A stretch of DNA of 64,000 nucleotides from a virus (taxonomy: Duplodnaviria; Caudoviricetes), in IMG/VR virus record IMGVR_UViG_3300020577_006243, positions 1-64,000 of that record. One strand, given 5' to 3'. Within the stretch, counting starts at the first letter, position 1, and every line of letters starts with the position of its first letter. Positions 1 through 10,344 of the stretch are shown one piece after another. The notes beneath the pieces were generated by a model that was given only the letters and a program-made list of their open reading frames with translations, was not told where the DNA came from and ran no database searches. The position numbers were made by a program, and so were the translations under genes.

Positions 1-2
1 TT

Positions 3-416
3 AATAGAAAAATAAATCTATTGAAAAAGATTGTTCAAGGAATTAATCTTATGATAGAATTTTTAAGTTTTCTTGGTTCTTTTCAAATAGATGCCGCAAC
101 TTTAGAATTAGAAAATGTAAGAAGTGTATCATTTGTTGAACAATGTTTAAGAAACTCAGATAATTTTCCAAAACCATTCGGAATATCAACAGATGATGAA
201 AAATTCTTTATAGCTAGTGTTGTTTTTGTAATGCCTATGCCTATATATGCTATTTTTAAGAAATTTGTTAAGGTCAGTGATAGGACAGCTCCTATACAGT
301 TTACCCCTTCTACAGAACCGACCTTAGCGACAAGTAATTCATTATTGACAACACCTGGCGGAACAGGAACCACAGACACTACTGGAAATAATGGAGGAGT
401 TACAATAGTTGTATAA
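3..416 (+). CDS. 3' end of a baseplate-region protein (5'-truncated by the window)
   Basis: Frame is open from base 3 (no stop before the TTG at 21); ends 9 nt before the gp25-like gene; Gly/Thr-rich C-terminus. Function inferred from position only. Confidence 0.5.
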   Translation, partial: NRKINLLKKIVQGINLMIEFLSFLGSFQIDAATLELENVRSVSFVEQCLRNSDNFPKPFGISTDDEKFFIASVVFVMPMPIYAIFKKFVKVSDRTAPIQFTPSTEPTLATSNSLLTTPGGTGTTDTTGNNGGVTIVV

Positions 417-425
417 GATACTATT

Positions 426-809
426 ATGGCCAATTTAATAGAGCAATTTAATAATCTTTCTGGTCCTGTTATAGACAGAACGGCTGGGTTCTTTAAAATA
501 GGAAATCATATAGATTTAATAAAGGAAGGGATATTAAGACTAATATTTACAAGAAAGGGTACAAGAATGGGCAATTTAGATTATGGCACTACGATACCAG
601 ACTTGCCATTTACAGCAAATGGGGAAGCACTTTTAAATATAATCAATTTTGAAATATCAGAAGCACTGGCAAAATATGAACCAAGAGCACAATTGATAAG
701 TGTGCAATTAGCTGATTTGAATAATGAGTATGTAAGATTTTTGATTACGTTTAGAGAAACAGTATCAAACACTACACAAGAATTACCTGTAGAGGCATCT
801 TTTGTTTAA
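426..809 (+). CDS. Baseplate wedge subunit, GPW/gp25 family
   Basis: 127 aa with LIFTRKGTRMGNLDYGTTIPDLPF and ALAKYEPRAQL, the gp25 pattern (T.kGER...P.yG ... wEPR); directly upstream of a gp6-like gene. Confidence 0.9.
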   Translation: MANLIEQFNNLSGPVIDRTAGFFKIGNHIDLIKEGILRLIFTRKGTRMGNLDYGTTIPDLPFTANGEALLNIINFEISEALAKYEPRAQLISVQLADLNNEYVRFLITFRETVSNTTQELPVEASFV

Positions 810-851
810 TTATTTCAGCGTTTTTCTAACCATTTAAAAAGTTAAACTTTA

Positions 852-2936
852 GTGGCTAGCAATAATAAATTAATAACGACTCCTCTTGCAAGGATTGATT
901 TAACCAAATTAGATTACAATGGTATTATAAATGAGATAAAGTCGGCAATAAAATCAAACCCAAAGTATAGCGCTAACATGACAAGCTACTTTGAAAGCGA
1001 TGTAGCTGTCATGCTTATTGATTTATTTGCTCAAATTGCACATTTAAATAATCTTAGAATTGATTTTACTTCAAATGAATTATCATGGGTTAACGCAGAA
1101 CAAGAAGATACGATATTAAAGTTTTTACCATTAATAGATTATAGACTTAAATCAGTGTTAGCGTCTGAAATACCACTGAATGCCACAGTTGTTGGTGAAC
1201 CTGGTGGAGTTTCTAGCGTTCCAATAGTTATACCAGCAAGAACTCAATTAGCACCAGTTAACACTGTTGGTGGGCCAAGTTTAGCAGAAATTAATTTTAG
1301 TAAAACTGATTATACGAGTGCAATCGTGTTACCAGCAGGAATCGCTTCATACAATCTTATAGGATATGCTGGTGTCACAGAAAGAACTGATGTTCTGGTT
1401 CCAACTGGTTCAAATTTTACTTTTAAAATAAATAAAGAAAATATAGTAGATGATTCTATACAAATATTCTTCAATAAAAATGGAACATATGTACTGTTGA
1501 CTAGAGTAGAAAGTTTTATGACACCACTTGAAGAAAATCCAACATATACTGTTAGATTTAATTTTAAAGGTGAAGCAACTATTATTTTTGGTAATAAATT
1601 TTTTGGTGGAGCATTTGATGGCGTTGTAGAAAGCGATCCATCAACACACCCAGAATTAGTTGTCTATTTTAGACGCCTTGCCGAAAGTAAAGGAACTCAA
1701 ACAAACTATACACCATTAGCGATTTCTCAGAATCTTGAATTATTTGCACCAGTTCTTGGAAGAAATATAACATTAAATATTTTTAACTCCGAATTTGCAA
1801 CTGGCGGAACAGACATTTTATCAATTGAAGAAGTAAGAAGAACTGCGCCATTAACTATTAGAACAGCAGATAAAGCAGTGACCAACGAGGATTGTGAATT
1901 ATTCTTAAGAGAAAATTCATTAACAAAAGATGTTAAAGTTGTTACACCTATGGATGAACCGCAATTCAACATTCCTATTTTTTACGGTCATGTATTTGTC
2001 GCCGCTAACAGATCAAACTCTGCATTCATTTCAACAAAGCCAACTCCCGAAACTTTTGAACTGCCAGAACCTGCTCAGAATGAATTAGAGTCTGAATATA
2101 CAATAAGATTTTTAACATCGTTAAACGAATATTATAATTTGAGAGGCATAGAATCGTCAGCAGTTCTAACGTCGTCTTCTGTTGAAAATCAATTCGTTAT
2201 CATTAGTGGCACTAATGATAAAATGAAAATAATATCTGATACTGATGACCCAAACAATTTCTTTTATGTTTCATTAACCCCAGGTGCATTAACACCATTT
2301 GAAGTAGTGGATCAAATAAACGCTGCCGCAGGTTATAGGATCGCATATGTTAATGAGAGTAATTCAATAACCTTAAAGAGTAATGTACTTGGTAACTTAA
2401 GTTATATTCAATTATTACCAAATTTCGATGATTTAGAAGAGAATTCAGTTCTGGAAGAAACTTATTTAACACTTGGGTTTCAGGTAAATGATATAGCAAC
2501 TGGAACAAATAATTCTTCTGAAGCACTAACACTATACAACATACTAAATTCAAAAAGAATTCTAGGTATAGATTTTCAATTCAGACAGTTAAAAATGATA
2601 CCTTTTAATATTACTGGTAGAATTTATTATAATCAAACAGCAAATCCGACGAACGTGCTAAATGACATAAACTCAATCATAAACACCAATTATTCATATC
2701 AAGGTATGGATATAGGTAAACAGGTTAGAAAAAGTAATATATTAAGAACATTGATGAGTGTGGCTGGCGTTGACTATGTTGAATTAACAAATTTTGATAC
2801 TGACATACTTCCTAATAAGGACGAAATATATTTTGTAGTTGATCCAGAAATTGTTAATGCTATACCTAATGCTTTCACTACATTAAAAAGCAATTTAACA
2901 AACACATTTGAATTAATTAGAAACACTACGGTATAA
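852..2936 (+). CDS. Baseplate wedge protein, T4 gp6 / baseplate J-like
   Basis: 694 aa; N-terminal LDYNGIINEIK..., EFATGGTDILSIEEVRRTAPL and KAVTNEDC match baseplate J/gp6 motifs (GG.D.Es.eeir; RAVT..DY). Confidence 0.85.
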   Translation: MASNNKLITTPLARIDLTKLDYNGIINEIKSAIKSNPKYSANMTSYFESDVAVMLIDLFAQIAHLNNLRIDFTSNELSWVNAEQEDTILKFLPLIDYRLKSVLASEIPLNATVVGEPGGVSSVPIVIPARTQLAPVNTVGGPSLAEINFSKTDYTSAIVLPAGIASYNLIGYAGVTERTDVLVPTGSNFTFKINKENIVDDSIQIFFNKNGTYVLLTRVESFMTPLEENPTYTVRFNFKGEATIIFGNKFFGGAFDGVVESDPSTHPELVVYFRRLAESKGTQTNYTPLAISQNLELFAPVLGRNITLNIFNSEFATGGTDILSIEEVRRTAPLTIRTADKAVTNEDCELFLRENSLTKDVKVVTPMDEPQFNIPIFYGHVFVAANRSNSAFISTKPTPETFELPEPAQNELESEYTIRFLTSLNEYYNLRGIESSAVLTSSSVENQFVIISGTNDKMKIISDTDDPNNFFYVSLTPGALTPFEVVDQINAAAGYRIAYVNESNSITLKSNVLGNLSYIQLLPNFDDLEENSVLEETYLTLGFQVNDIATGTNNSSEALTLYNILNSKRILGIDFQFRQLKMIPFNITGRIYYNQTANPTNVLNDINSIINTNYSYQGMDIGKQVRKSNILRTLMSVAGVDYVELTNFDTDILPNKDEIYFVVDPEIVNAIPNAFTTLKSNLTNTFELIRNTTV

Positions 2937-2937
2937 A

Positions 2938-4026
2938 ATGGGCTTCTTAAAGGAACATAAAAATAGATACCTAACTGAGATTGATAACCAGTTATTAAGC
3001 GAAGACGATAAATTAGAAATATTTGTTGACAGCATATTCCAAATATTTGACACGCTGAACGAGAGAGGCCCAGATCAATTCTCACAATTAATAGATATTG
3101 AAACAATACCAGAAGAACTAATAAACCATTTGTCCGCTTTAGTTGGATGGAGACAAACAGATTATAATTACAATTATCTAACATTCAGAGATTTAGTAAA
3201 AAATATAGTAAGAATTTACAAAATCAAAGGAACTCCATTGTCATATGAGATTTTTTTCCGTGCTTTAGGTTATGAGGTAAAAATGCATGAGTTATGGTGG
3301 AATTCTCAAAGTGAACTCGTTAGGGATAAACCAGTAGGCGCACCTAATACCCTGTATCCAAATTATGTATTAAACAAATCAAATTTTGTAGAGTTTGAAT
3401 TAGATTTAAGTTTTGTAAACGATCCTAACTTTCCAAATCCATTCGTTGGTGATAATCAAGAATTTTTAATGATAATGATAGATTATCTTAAATTCTTGAA
3501 GCCAGTACATATTCGCTACAAACCAATTTTATTAAACATTCCTAGGTTTGTTGAAAAACCAGTGTTTGTTGAGGTTATCACACCAGTCATCGTACTTGGT
3601 GATTTAATGAGACAATCAAATGGTATTAATTATGACGAGATCCCATTACCTGATGACAACTTCGCACTTTATGGTCTTGAACAAGAACAAGATGTTACAA
3701 ACTTCTTTTATAATAATGCAATTAGGTACGGTAATAGTCTTATAAAAACAGCAATTTACGACGTGAATGAGTATCCAGTGTCAGTGTTAGAGAGAGAAGA
3801 TGTTGTATATGGCGCTGGCGATTGTCCAATGCAAGAAGAATTTAATATAATAGTTGGGTTAACAAAGAAAGTAGCAGACGACCAGTTTGAATTGAGGTAC
3901 AGTAACTATATTACATATAATGAAGTTGTTGAATACAATCCTATCGTTACTGAAATTAAGGATGAGTTTGATTACGATAGTCCAGAATATTCGTTTGGTC
4001 AGGGAAATCTATTTGAAAAACCATAA
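2938..4026 (+). CDS. Baseplate wedge / tail protein (P2 gpI / gp7-like)
   Basis: LSALVGW, IVRIYKIKGTPLSYEIFFRALGY and LKFLKPVHI match the P2_I-type pattern; follows the gp6-like gene. Confidence 0.75.
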   Translation: MGFLKEHKNRYLTEIDNQLLSEDDKLEIFVDSIFQIFDTLNERGPDQFSQLIDIETIPEELINHLSALVGWRQTDYNYNYLTFRDLVKNIVRIYKIKGTPLSYEIFFRALGYEVKMHELWWNSQSELVRDKPVGAPNTLYPNYVLNKSNFVEFELDLSFVNDPNFPNPFVGDNQEFLMIMIDYLKFLKPVHIRYKPILLNIPRFVEKPVFVEVITPVIVLGDLMRQSNGINYDEIPLPDDNFALYGLEQEQDVTNFFYNNAIRYGNSLIKTAIYDVNEYPVSVLEREDVVYGAGDCPMQEEFNIIVGLTKKVADDQFELRYSNYITYNEVVEYNPIVTEIKDEFDYDSPEYSFGQGNLFEKP

Positions 4027-4061
4027 GAAAAATCAAAAAAAATGAAAGGTAATTATAACTA

Positions 4062-6656
4062 ATGGACAGAAAAAGATACAACAGGGAAAGTGACGTAGCT
4101 AGCTACGATATATATAAACTACAAGATTTAAGAACAGATCACGATTACCTAAATGGTAAAGCAAGAGACATATGGACGGTTATATCCGACCCTCCTTATA
4201 TTAAAGATGGTGGAACTGTAGCGATCGGTTCTAATCCATTGAGAGTTAATGTTTCTCCAGTCATTGCATTTGACGCTAATTTTAATGAAATAAATGCCAC
4301 TGCATTAACAAATTATCCATTACTTGAATACACACCAAATGTTAATAATTACTTAACTGTAAAGTATAATACATTAGAAGACGTATCTTCATTAAGATCA
4401 GCATATAAAAATAATGCACTCTCATACAATGCATACAGAAATGATAGTTTTAGATATCAGTGGAAACTAGCCGCTCCTATAGAGCCGCAGATTACAGGAA
4501 CCACTGTTCAAAATTATAATATAACAAAAGACGTAAATAACAAAATTCTATTTTCTACAAACGTATCGAACCCAGAATATGAAATCACACTTGCTACAAA
4601 CGTAGCGTCTATAACGGGTGATGATATAGGGTCAGGTTCAGTTATTATTTATGATGGTGTAAACGATGCATTAAATTTTACATTAGATACATTTACATAT
4701 AATCTTGATTTGACGGGTGTATCAAGCGGTCAGTTATTCACCTTGAGTGGCCTTGCGACCCAAATAAACACTCTTGCATTTGCACAAAATTTATTACTTG
4801 TTAACGATATTGCATTTGTAATTGACAATGAAAATAAAATTAGATTAACATCCCCAAGAGACGCAACCCCAATAGCTCAGAAAAAAGTTCTTATACTATC
4901 GGGTTCAGCTAATACATTATTAGGGTTTAGTGAAAATGACATTTCTGTTGAAACTCCTCAAAGAACAGCGCAAAATATTGTTGATGAAATTAATTTAGTG
5001 ACATTTCCAGAGGTAACTGCGGCTGTAGTCGGTGGAAATAAAGTAAAATTACAGGCACAAGACCCTGCTGGGTACATCACATTATTAACAATTAATCATA
5101 GCGTTTACTCTACACTAGGTATGACATCAGGTACTGTTTATGGTGCTGAACAAATAGATTTTAACACAGACGTGATACTAACAACAGCTAAAATAAACAC
5201 AAGTGGATCACTTGAACTTTCTACCATGAATAGAACTCATAGTATTAGAGTTGTAGATGGAAATGAAGGTTGGAAAGAAACATTTGAGTTTACATCTGGC
5301 TCTGGTGATGTAATTTATACAGAAACATTTACATTAGTTGATAACAGTTATGTTGTTGGCTCTAATGAGTTAGAAATTCATACTAACGGTAGATATTTAC
5401 ATATAGGTAGAGACTTTGATGAGGTTGGCTCTACAGGCACGCGTTCAGTTCAATTTACAGTTTTTGAAGTAAAGCAGAACGATGTTATTGAAGCAAGAAT
5501 TCCAAGTTCTTCACCATCTAATTTTCCAACTAAAATAGTTAAAAGTGATGGTAATGTAGTTGTTTTAGGCTTTACAGAATTAAATTTTGCTCCAGAATTT
5601 ACAGTAACACTTAATGGATTAGGTGGTGCTGATATTAGCGCAGGCTTTATAAGTGGCGCAGTTATGAACCACGCATTCAATCACGAATATGGTGGCTCTG
5701 ACCCAATTAATGTAAATAATCTTCAAGGTCTGTTACTTAATCCGCAGAAAACTAATTTCCATGTTGATGGCGCTTTACTATATTCAAGGCCAGCTATTAA
5801 TTTAACTGGAACTGGTTTTACTATACAGGATAATATTGCTTCTGGATTTGTTACAATTAATATTCCCGAAACACAACATACTAATATTGATGGAAACGCT
5901 ATCATAAAATTAGGTTATACTGGTGGTGCTGTATTTGATTCTATAATAGTTCAGGGAACTGATACTCTTGATTTATGGCAGATAACAATAAATGATTTTG
6001 GCCAATTAGAAACAGAGTTACTGTTATCTGGAACTCCTTCTAATTATATAATAGAAGCAGAAAACAACTCGTTGTGGTTGTTGGATGTTGAAAATGTGTT
6101 TGGAAGTGGGGCAATAAAGACTAGTTTACAGGTATCCGGTACTCCATTACTATTCGCAATAAGAGCACCAAACACTAAAGCATACGGCATCAGAGTTGAA
6201 AATGATGGAACTTTATATGCGCTTGATCCGGTAACAGATTTTGAAATTCAAAGACCAGACGCTGAACCAGTGTACAGACTTGATTCAAATGGCATAGCTT
6301 ATTTTAATATATTTGACTTTGATGCACCATCAGGTAGTATAGCAAGTCTTCCTCCAGCAAGTTTTGCTTCTGGCGGTATAGCTCTTCTTAACACTTCTGG
6401 TGTTCTCGACATGATGACATCAGATGGAACAGAATGGTATGAATTTTTTGGTGCCGCTAGAAAATTCGTTTACACACAAAATCTGCCATCAGCTACATGG
6501 AACTTCGCACATAATCTAAATACAAGCGATTATGTAGTTACAGTAAAAGATTTACTTGGCAATGTTGTAATACCAAACAATATCTTATGTAATTTTAATT
6601 CTACTGTTGTCAGTTTCACGCTTCCGACAACTGGAAAAGTAGTGATTATTGGTTAA
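4062..6656 (+). CDS. Baseplate-associated / tail fibre structural protein
   Basis: 864 aa, beta-rich; HAFNHEYGGSDPINV fibre motif and C-terminal W-x-x-x-HNL module shared with other fibre genes here. Confidence 0.6.
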   Translation: MDRKRYNRESDVASYDIYKLQDLRTDHDYLNGKARDIWTVISDPPYIKDGGTVAIGSNPLRVNVSPVIAFDANFNEINATALTNYPLLEYTPNVNNYLTVKYNTLEDVSSLRSAYKNNALSYNAYRNDSFRYQWKLAAPIEPQITGTTVQNYNITKDVNNKILFSTNVSNPEYEITLATNVASITGDDIGSGSVIIYDGVNDALNFTLDTFTYNLDLTGVSSGQLFTLSGLATQINTLAFAQNLLLVNDIAFVIDNENKIRLTSPRDATPIAQKKVLILSGSANTLLGFSENDISVETPQRTAQNIVDEINLVTFPEVTAAVVGGNKVKLQAQDPAGYITLLTINHSVYSTLGMTSGTVYGAEQIDFNTDVILTTAKINTSGSLELSTMNRTHSIRVVDGNEGWKETFEFTSGSGDVIYTETFTLVDNSYVVGSNELEIHTNGRYLHIGRDFDEVGSTGTRSVQFTVFEVKQNDVIEARIPSSSPSNFPTKIVKSDGNVVVLGFTELNFAPEFTVTLNGLGGADISAGFISGAVMNHAFNHEYGGSDPINVNNLQGLLLNPQKTNFHVDGALLYSRPAINLTGTGFTIQDNIASGFVTINIPETQHTNIDGNAIIKLGYTGGAVFDSIIVQGTDTLDLWQITINDFGQLETELLLSGTPSNYIIEAENNSLWLLDVENVFGSGAIKTSLQVSGTPLLFAIRAPNTKAYGIRVENDGTLYALDPVTDFEIQRPDAEPVYRLDSNGIAYFNIFDFDAPSGSIASLPPASFASGGIALLNTSGVLDMMTSDGTEWYEFFGAARKFVYTQNLPSATWNFAHNLNTSDYVVTVKDLLGNVVIPNNILCNFNSTVVSFTLPTTGKVVIIG

Positions 6657-6753
6657 ACTAAAACGCATAATTTACGACTGTTTGTTTGTACAAAGTTAAG
6701 TTATTACTAGTTGTGTTTCCAATAAATAATATAAGCAATAGAGGTGCATTAGC

Positions 6754-7923
6754 GTGTTTATAGACGAACTGTCGATTTCCGGCGGTAACGTCCAGCTTAC
6801 ATCCGGTAGCATTGATTTTAACACATTTGTTAATTTCAACTCTGGCTCAAATATTGAGCAAAAATTGGATACGAGTGGTCAAATACTCGCATCTAGAGAC
6901 GATTATTTACAATCACAGATAGATGTAATTGGAAACGTAAATGCTTATCAAATTTTAAGCGGAGCAGTAGTAGCGAGTGGTGAGTTACTACAATCTGGTA
7001 TTGCCCAGGTAAATTCAGACTTGATTGCAAGTGGGCAATTATTGCAATCTGAACTCAATACGAGTGGTCAGATACTGTCAACAAGAGATACAGAGTTTCA
7101 ACAGACCATTGATTATTTTAGTGGTGTTCTTTTTTATACAGGCGGAGTATCTGGGTTAGTCTATAATAATCCAAACCCATCAACAGTGGCTGTCGGTGGA
7201 ATACCTGCTGGCAGCACATTTAATATGTTAACCGTCACGCAGATATTTGATATGTTATTCTACCCATATCAAAATCCAGCTTTTACTTCATTTAGTATTA
7301 ATGGTCAATCAACTTCTATAGAGGTTGGAACAGCGATAGCATCTGGTCTTGTTACATTTAATTGGGCAACATCAAATTCAAGTAATGTTGCGACAAATTC
7401 TATTATAATAAAAGATGTAACTAGTGGAAATATAGTAATCGGAAGTGGCTTAGCTAACACAGGTTCGTCTTCACTTTCTTTACCATATTTGATTAATAAA
7501 ACTACTAACACAAGTCACGTTTGGAATATCCAGGGAACAAACACTCATAGTAGTACATTCAATACAAACTTTACAGTAAACTGGCTTTGGAGATATTACT
7601 GGGGGTTTAGATCAGCAACTACGATAGATAGTTCTGGCACATTGGCGTTACAATCTTCAACATTAGCATCTTCTAGAGCTGGAAATTTTACATTACCAAC
7701 AAACCCAGGAGGATTAAATTATATATACTTTGTTTATCCAAATAGTTTTGGTGCATTAACAAGTATATATGACAATACGAATGCATTTAATGTGACAGCA
7801 GACTTTACAAATTTAGGAACAATCTCAGTGACAAACACAAATTCAATAGTGAACACATATACGGTTTATCGTTCAATAAATGCTATTGGTGGTGGTTCTG
7901 GATTTAATTACACATTAACGTAG
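6754..7923 (+). CDS. Virion structural protein (fibre-associated, Ig-like C-terminal region)
   Basis: GTG start with GAGGTG upstream; N-terminal SGQ coiled-coil repeats as in the next gene; Ser/Thr/Asn-rich. Confidence 0.55.
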   Translation: MFIDELSISGGNVQLTSGSIDFNTFVNFNSGSNIEQKLDTSGQILASRDDYLQSQIDVIGNVNAYQILSGAVVASGELLQSGIAQVNSDLIASGQLLQSELNTSGQILSTRDTEFQQTIDYFSGVLFYTGGVSGLVYNNPNPSTVAVGGIPAGSTFNMLTVTQIFDMLFYPYQNPAFTSFSINGQSTSIEVGTAIASGLVTFNWATSNSSNVATNSIIIKDVTSGNIVIGSGLANTGSSSLSLPYLINKTTNTSHVWNIQGTNTHSSTFNTNFTVNWLWRYYWGFRSATTIDSSGTLALQSSTLASSRAGNFTLPTNPGGLNYIYFVYPNSFGALTSIYDNTNAFNVTADFTNLGTISVTNTNSIVNTYTVYRSINAIGGGSGFNYTLT

Positions 7924-7935
7924 GTGAAATAAGAA

Positions 7936-10233
7936 ATGCCACAAGTAATAAATACAGTAACTAAAACATCACAACTTGATAACTTTGCTGTTGTCAATGA
8001 TACTGATTTAGGTGGTGGGTATCGTGTAGTTTCAGGATTAATTGATTTAAGTGGAATAGTCTCAAATCAATTGAAACCTGGTATGCTTGTTTATGTTCAA
8101 GCGACTAGCAGTTATTATCAACTTGCAAATAATTATTTATGGACTGACCTAGGATCATCTTTAAGCAACAGTGGCTCAGCTACAAATACTGAATTAGTTG
8201 CAAGTGGTCAGTTACTTCTATCACAAATAAATACAACCAATAATAATCTTGCGACGAGTGGTCAATTACTTATTGCTAGAGATAATGTAATTCAAACTCA
8301 AATAAATACTTTGAGTGGGAACATATCATCAAGCGGACAAATATTACAAGCACAAATAAATGCAACAAATTCTAGCTTGATAAGTAGTGTTGCTACGCTT
8401 TCTAGCAATCAGTCAGCACTACAGATACAAATAAATATTACAAGTGGTGTAGTAGTAAGTCATACAGCACAAATAGGAATACTTTCAGGTTCTTTAAATA
8501 CAAGTGGACAAGTTTTACTTGGACAGATAACAACAACCAATAATAATCTTGCTACAAGTGGTCAATTGTTATTAACAAGAGATAATAATCTTCAAAATGA
8601 AATTGATATTTTAAGTGGTGTATTATACACAATTGATCCAAATGCACTTGCGACAAGTGGTCAGATATTGCTTGGGAGAGATGCTGTATTACAATCCCAA
8701 ATAGATTTGGTAAGTGGATCAGTTAATACAAGTGGTCAATTGTTATTAACAAGAGATAATAATCTTCAAAATGAAATTGATATTTTAAGTGGGTTAATAA
8801 ATTACGGCGGTAATCCTGCTTTACAAGCACAGATAGACACTCTATCTGGCAACATAAATACCAGTGGTCAAATACTTCTAGGACAAATAACTGTTGTCAA
8901 CAGTAGTTTAATAAACAGTGGACAGTTACTACAATCACAGATAAACACGGTTTCTTCAAATCTTGGTTCAAGTGGTCAATTATTATTAGCTGGTGATGAA
9001 TATATACAAGGGCAGGTAAATGCGTTAAATAATAGTCTAGTTTCAAGTATAAATTCACTTGTATCTGGTAACGTATACTTACAAAGTGAGATTGACATAT
9101 TAAGTGGTGCAATAATTTTAAGCGGACAGATTTTGTCTTCTGTTGACGCATCGCTACAATCACAAATAAATACCACAAACAATAATCTAAACACAAGCGG
9201 ACAGATACTAATTGGAAGAGATGTTAATCTACAAAGTGAAATTGATATTTTAAGTGGCTCACTTTATACAAGCGGGCAGACATTACAGTCACAAATAAAT
9301 TATCTGACAGCGATAGACACCTCTTTACAAACTGAGATTGATATATTAAGCGGTCAGATAAACATGAATAATAATGTTTATCTACAACAACAAATAGATA
9401 TATTATCTGGTAATTTAATAAACAGTGGACAGGTATTATCCGCTGTTGACGCATCACTACAATCACAAATAAATATTGTGAGTGGTATGATAGTTCCTGA
9501 CGACGATACTTATCTGCAAGCACAGATTGATATACTATCGGGTAATCTAATTAACAGCGGCCAAATATTTTCTAGCCAAATAATTACTACCAATAATAAT
9601 TTAGATACAAGCGGTCAGATACTTATTGGAAGAGATGTAATAATTCAAACACAAGTTGACGCTTTATCAGGCAATCTTGTAAATAGCGGTTTAGCACTTA
9701 TTGCCAGAGATGTAATAATACAAACACAGGTTGACGCTATTAGTGGCAGTTTAGTTTCCAGTGTAGCTACATTAAGTTCAAATCAAGTTTATCTTCAAAA
9801 TGAAATAGATTTACTAAGTGGGTACATAGTAAATATATCAGGAAGTGTATCTAGTAACAACTACGCTTCTGGAAATTTTGTAATTAACAGCGGTAATCTT
9901 ATTATATCTGGAACTCCTGGTGTTAATGGAATTGTATTTGCAGATGGCAGTTTTCAATATACAGCTAACAACTCATCGTCTGGATCAGTTTTAGCATATT
10001 CTACATCTTTCACATCTGGATCATGGACTTTACTAGGTAATGATTATAAAATAGACCTAAATCATAACTTAAATTCTAATTTTACTATAGTGCAAATTAT
10101 AGATAGTTCAAATGGAGATTTTATTGAATTAGAAAAAAGAAGAATTTCTCCAAATGTTGTAAGAATTTTAGTTCCAGACGCAGTGCCTGACCTCCGTTTT
10201 GATGGGGATGTTCTGATTACAGCTAAACCATAA
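7936..10233 (+). CDS. Long coiled-coil tail fibre protein with SGQ/LQxQIDxLSG repeats
   Basis: 765 aa, mostly repeats of N(L/I)xxSGQxLxxxDxxLQxQIDxLSG; C-terminal HNLNS module. Confidence 0.7.
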   Translation: MPQVINTVTKTSQLDNFAVVNDTDLGGGYRVVSGLIDLSGIVSNQLKPGMLVYVQATSSYYQLANNYLWTDLGSSLSNSGSATNTELVASGQLLLSQINTTNNNLATSGQLLIARDNVIQTQINTLSGNISSSGQILQAQINATNSSLISSVATLSSNQSALQIQINITSGVVVSHTAQIGILSGSLNTSGQVLLGQITTTNNNLATSGQLLLTRDNNLQNEIDILSGVLYTIDPNALATSGQILLGRDAVLQSQIDLVSGSVNTSGQLLLTRDNNLQNEIDILSGLINYGGNPALQAQIDTLSGNINTSGQILLGQITVVNSSLINSGQLLQSQINTVSSNLGSSGQLLLAGDEYIQGQVNALNNSLVSSINSLVSGNVYLQSEIDILSGAIILSGQILSSVDASLQSQINTTNNNLNTSGQILIGRDVNLQSEIDILSGSLYTSGQTLQSQINYLTAIDTSLQTEIDILSGQINMNNNVYLQQQIDILSGNLINSGQVLSAVDASLQSQINIVSGMIVPDDDTYLQAQIDILSGNLINSGQIFSSQIITTNNNLDTSGQILIGRDVIIQTQVDALSGNLVNSGLALIARDVIIQTQVDAISGSLVSSVATLSSNQVYLQNEIDLLSGYIVNISGSVSSNNYASGNFVINSGNLIISGTPGVNGIVFADGSFQYTANNSSSGSVLAYSTSFTSGSWTLLGNDYKIDLNHNLNSNFTIVQIIDSSNGDFIELEKRRISPNVVRILVPDAVPDLRFDGDVLITAKP
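8553..8792 (+). repeat. Exact 66-nt direct repeat (8553-8618 and 8727-8792) inside the coiled-coil fibre gene
   Basis: TACAAGTGGTCAATTGTTATTAACAAGAGATAATAATCTTCAAAATGAAATTGATATTTTAAGTGG is read at both positions. Confidence 0.9.
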
Positions 10234-10344
10234 TTTTTTTAATATCTTTTGTCAATCTATCAAACTGACGTTTATACAAAATAAGTTAATGTCAAATAGT
10301 TTGTTATTTTTTTAAAACAAATTTGAGAAAGGTAAATATAAAAC

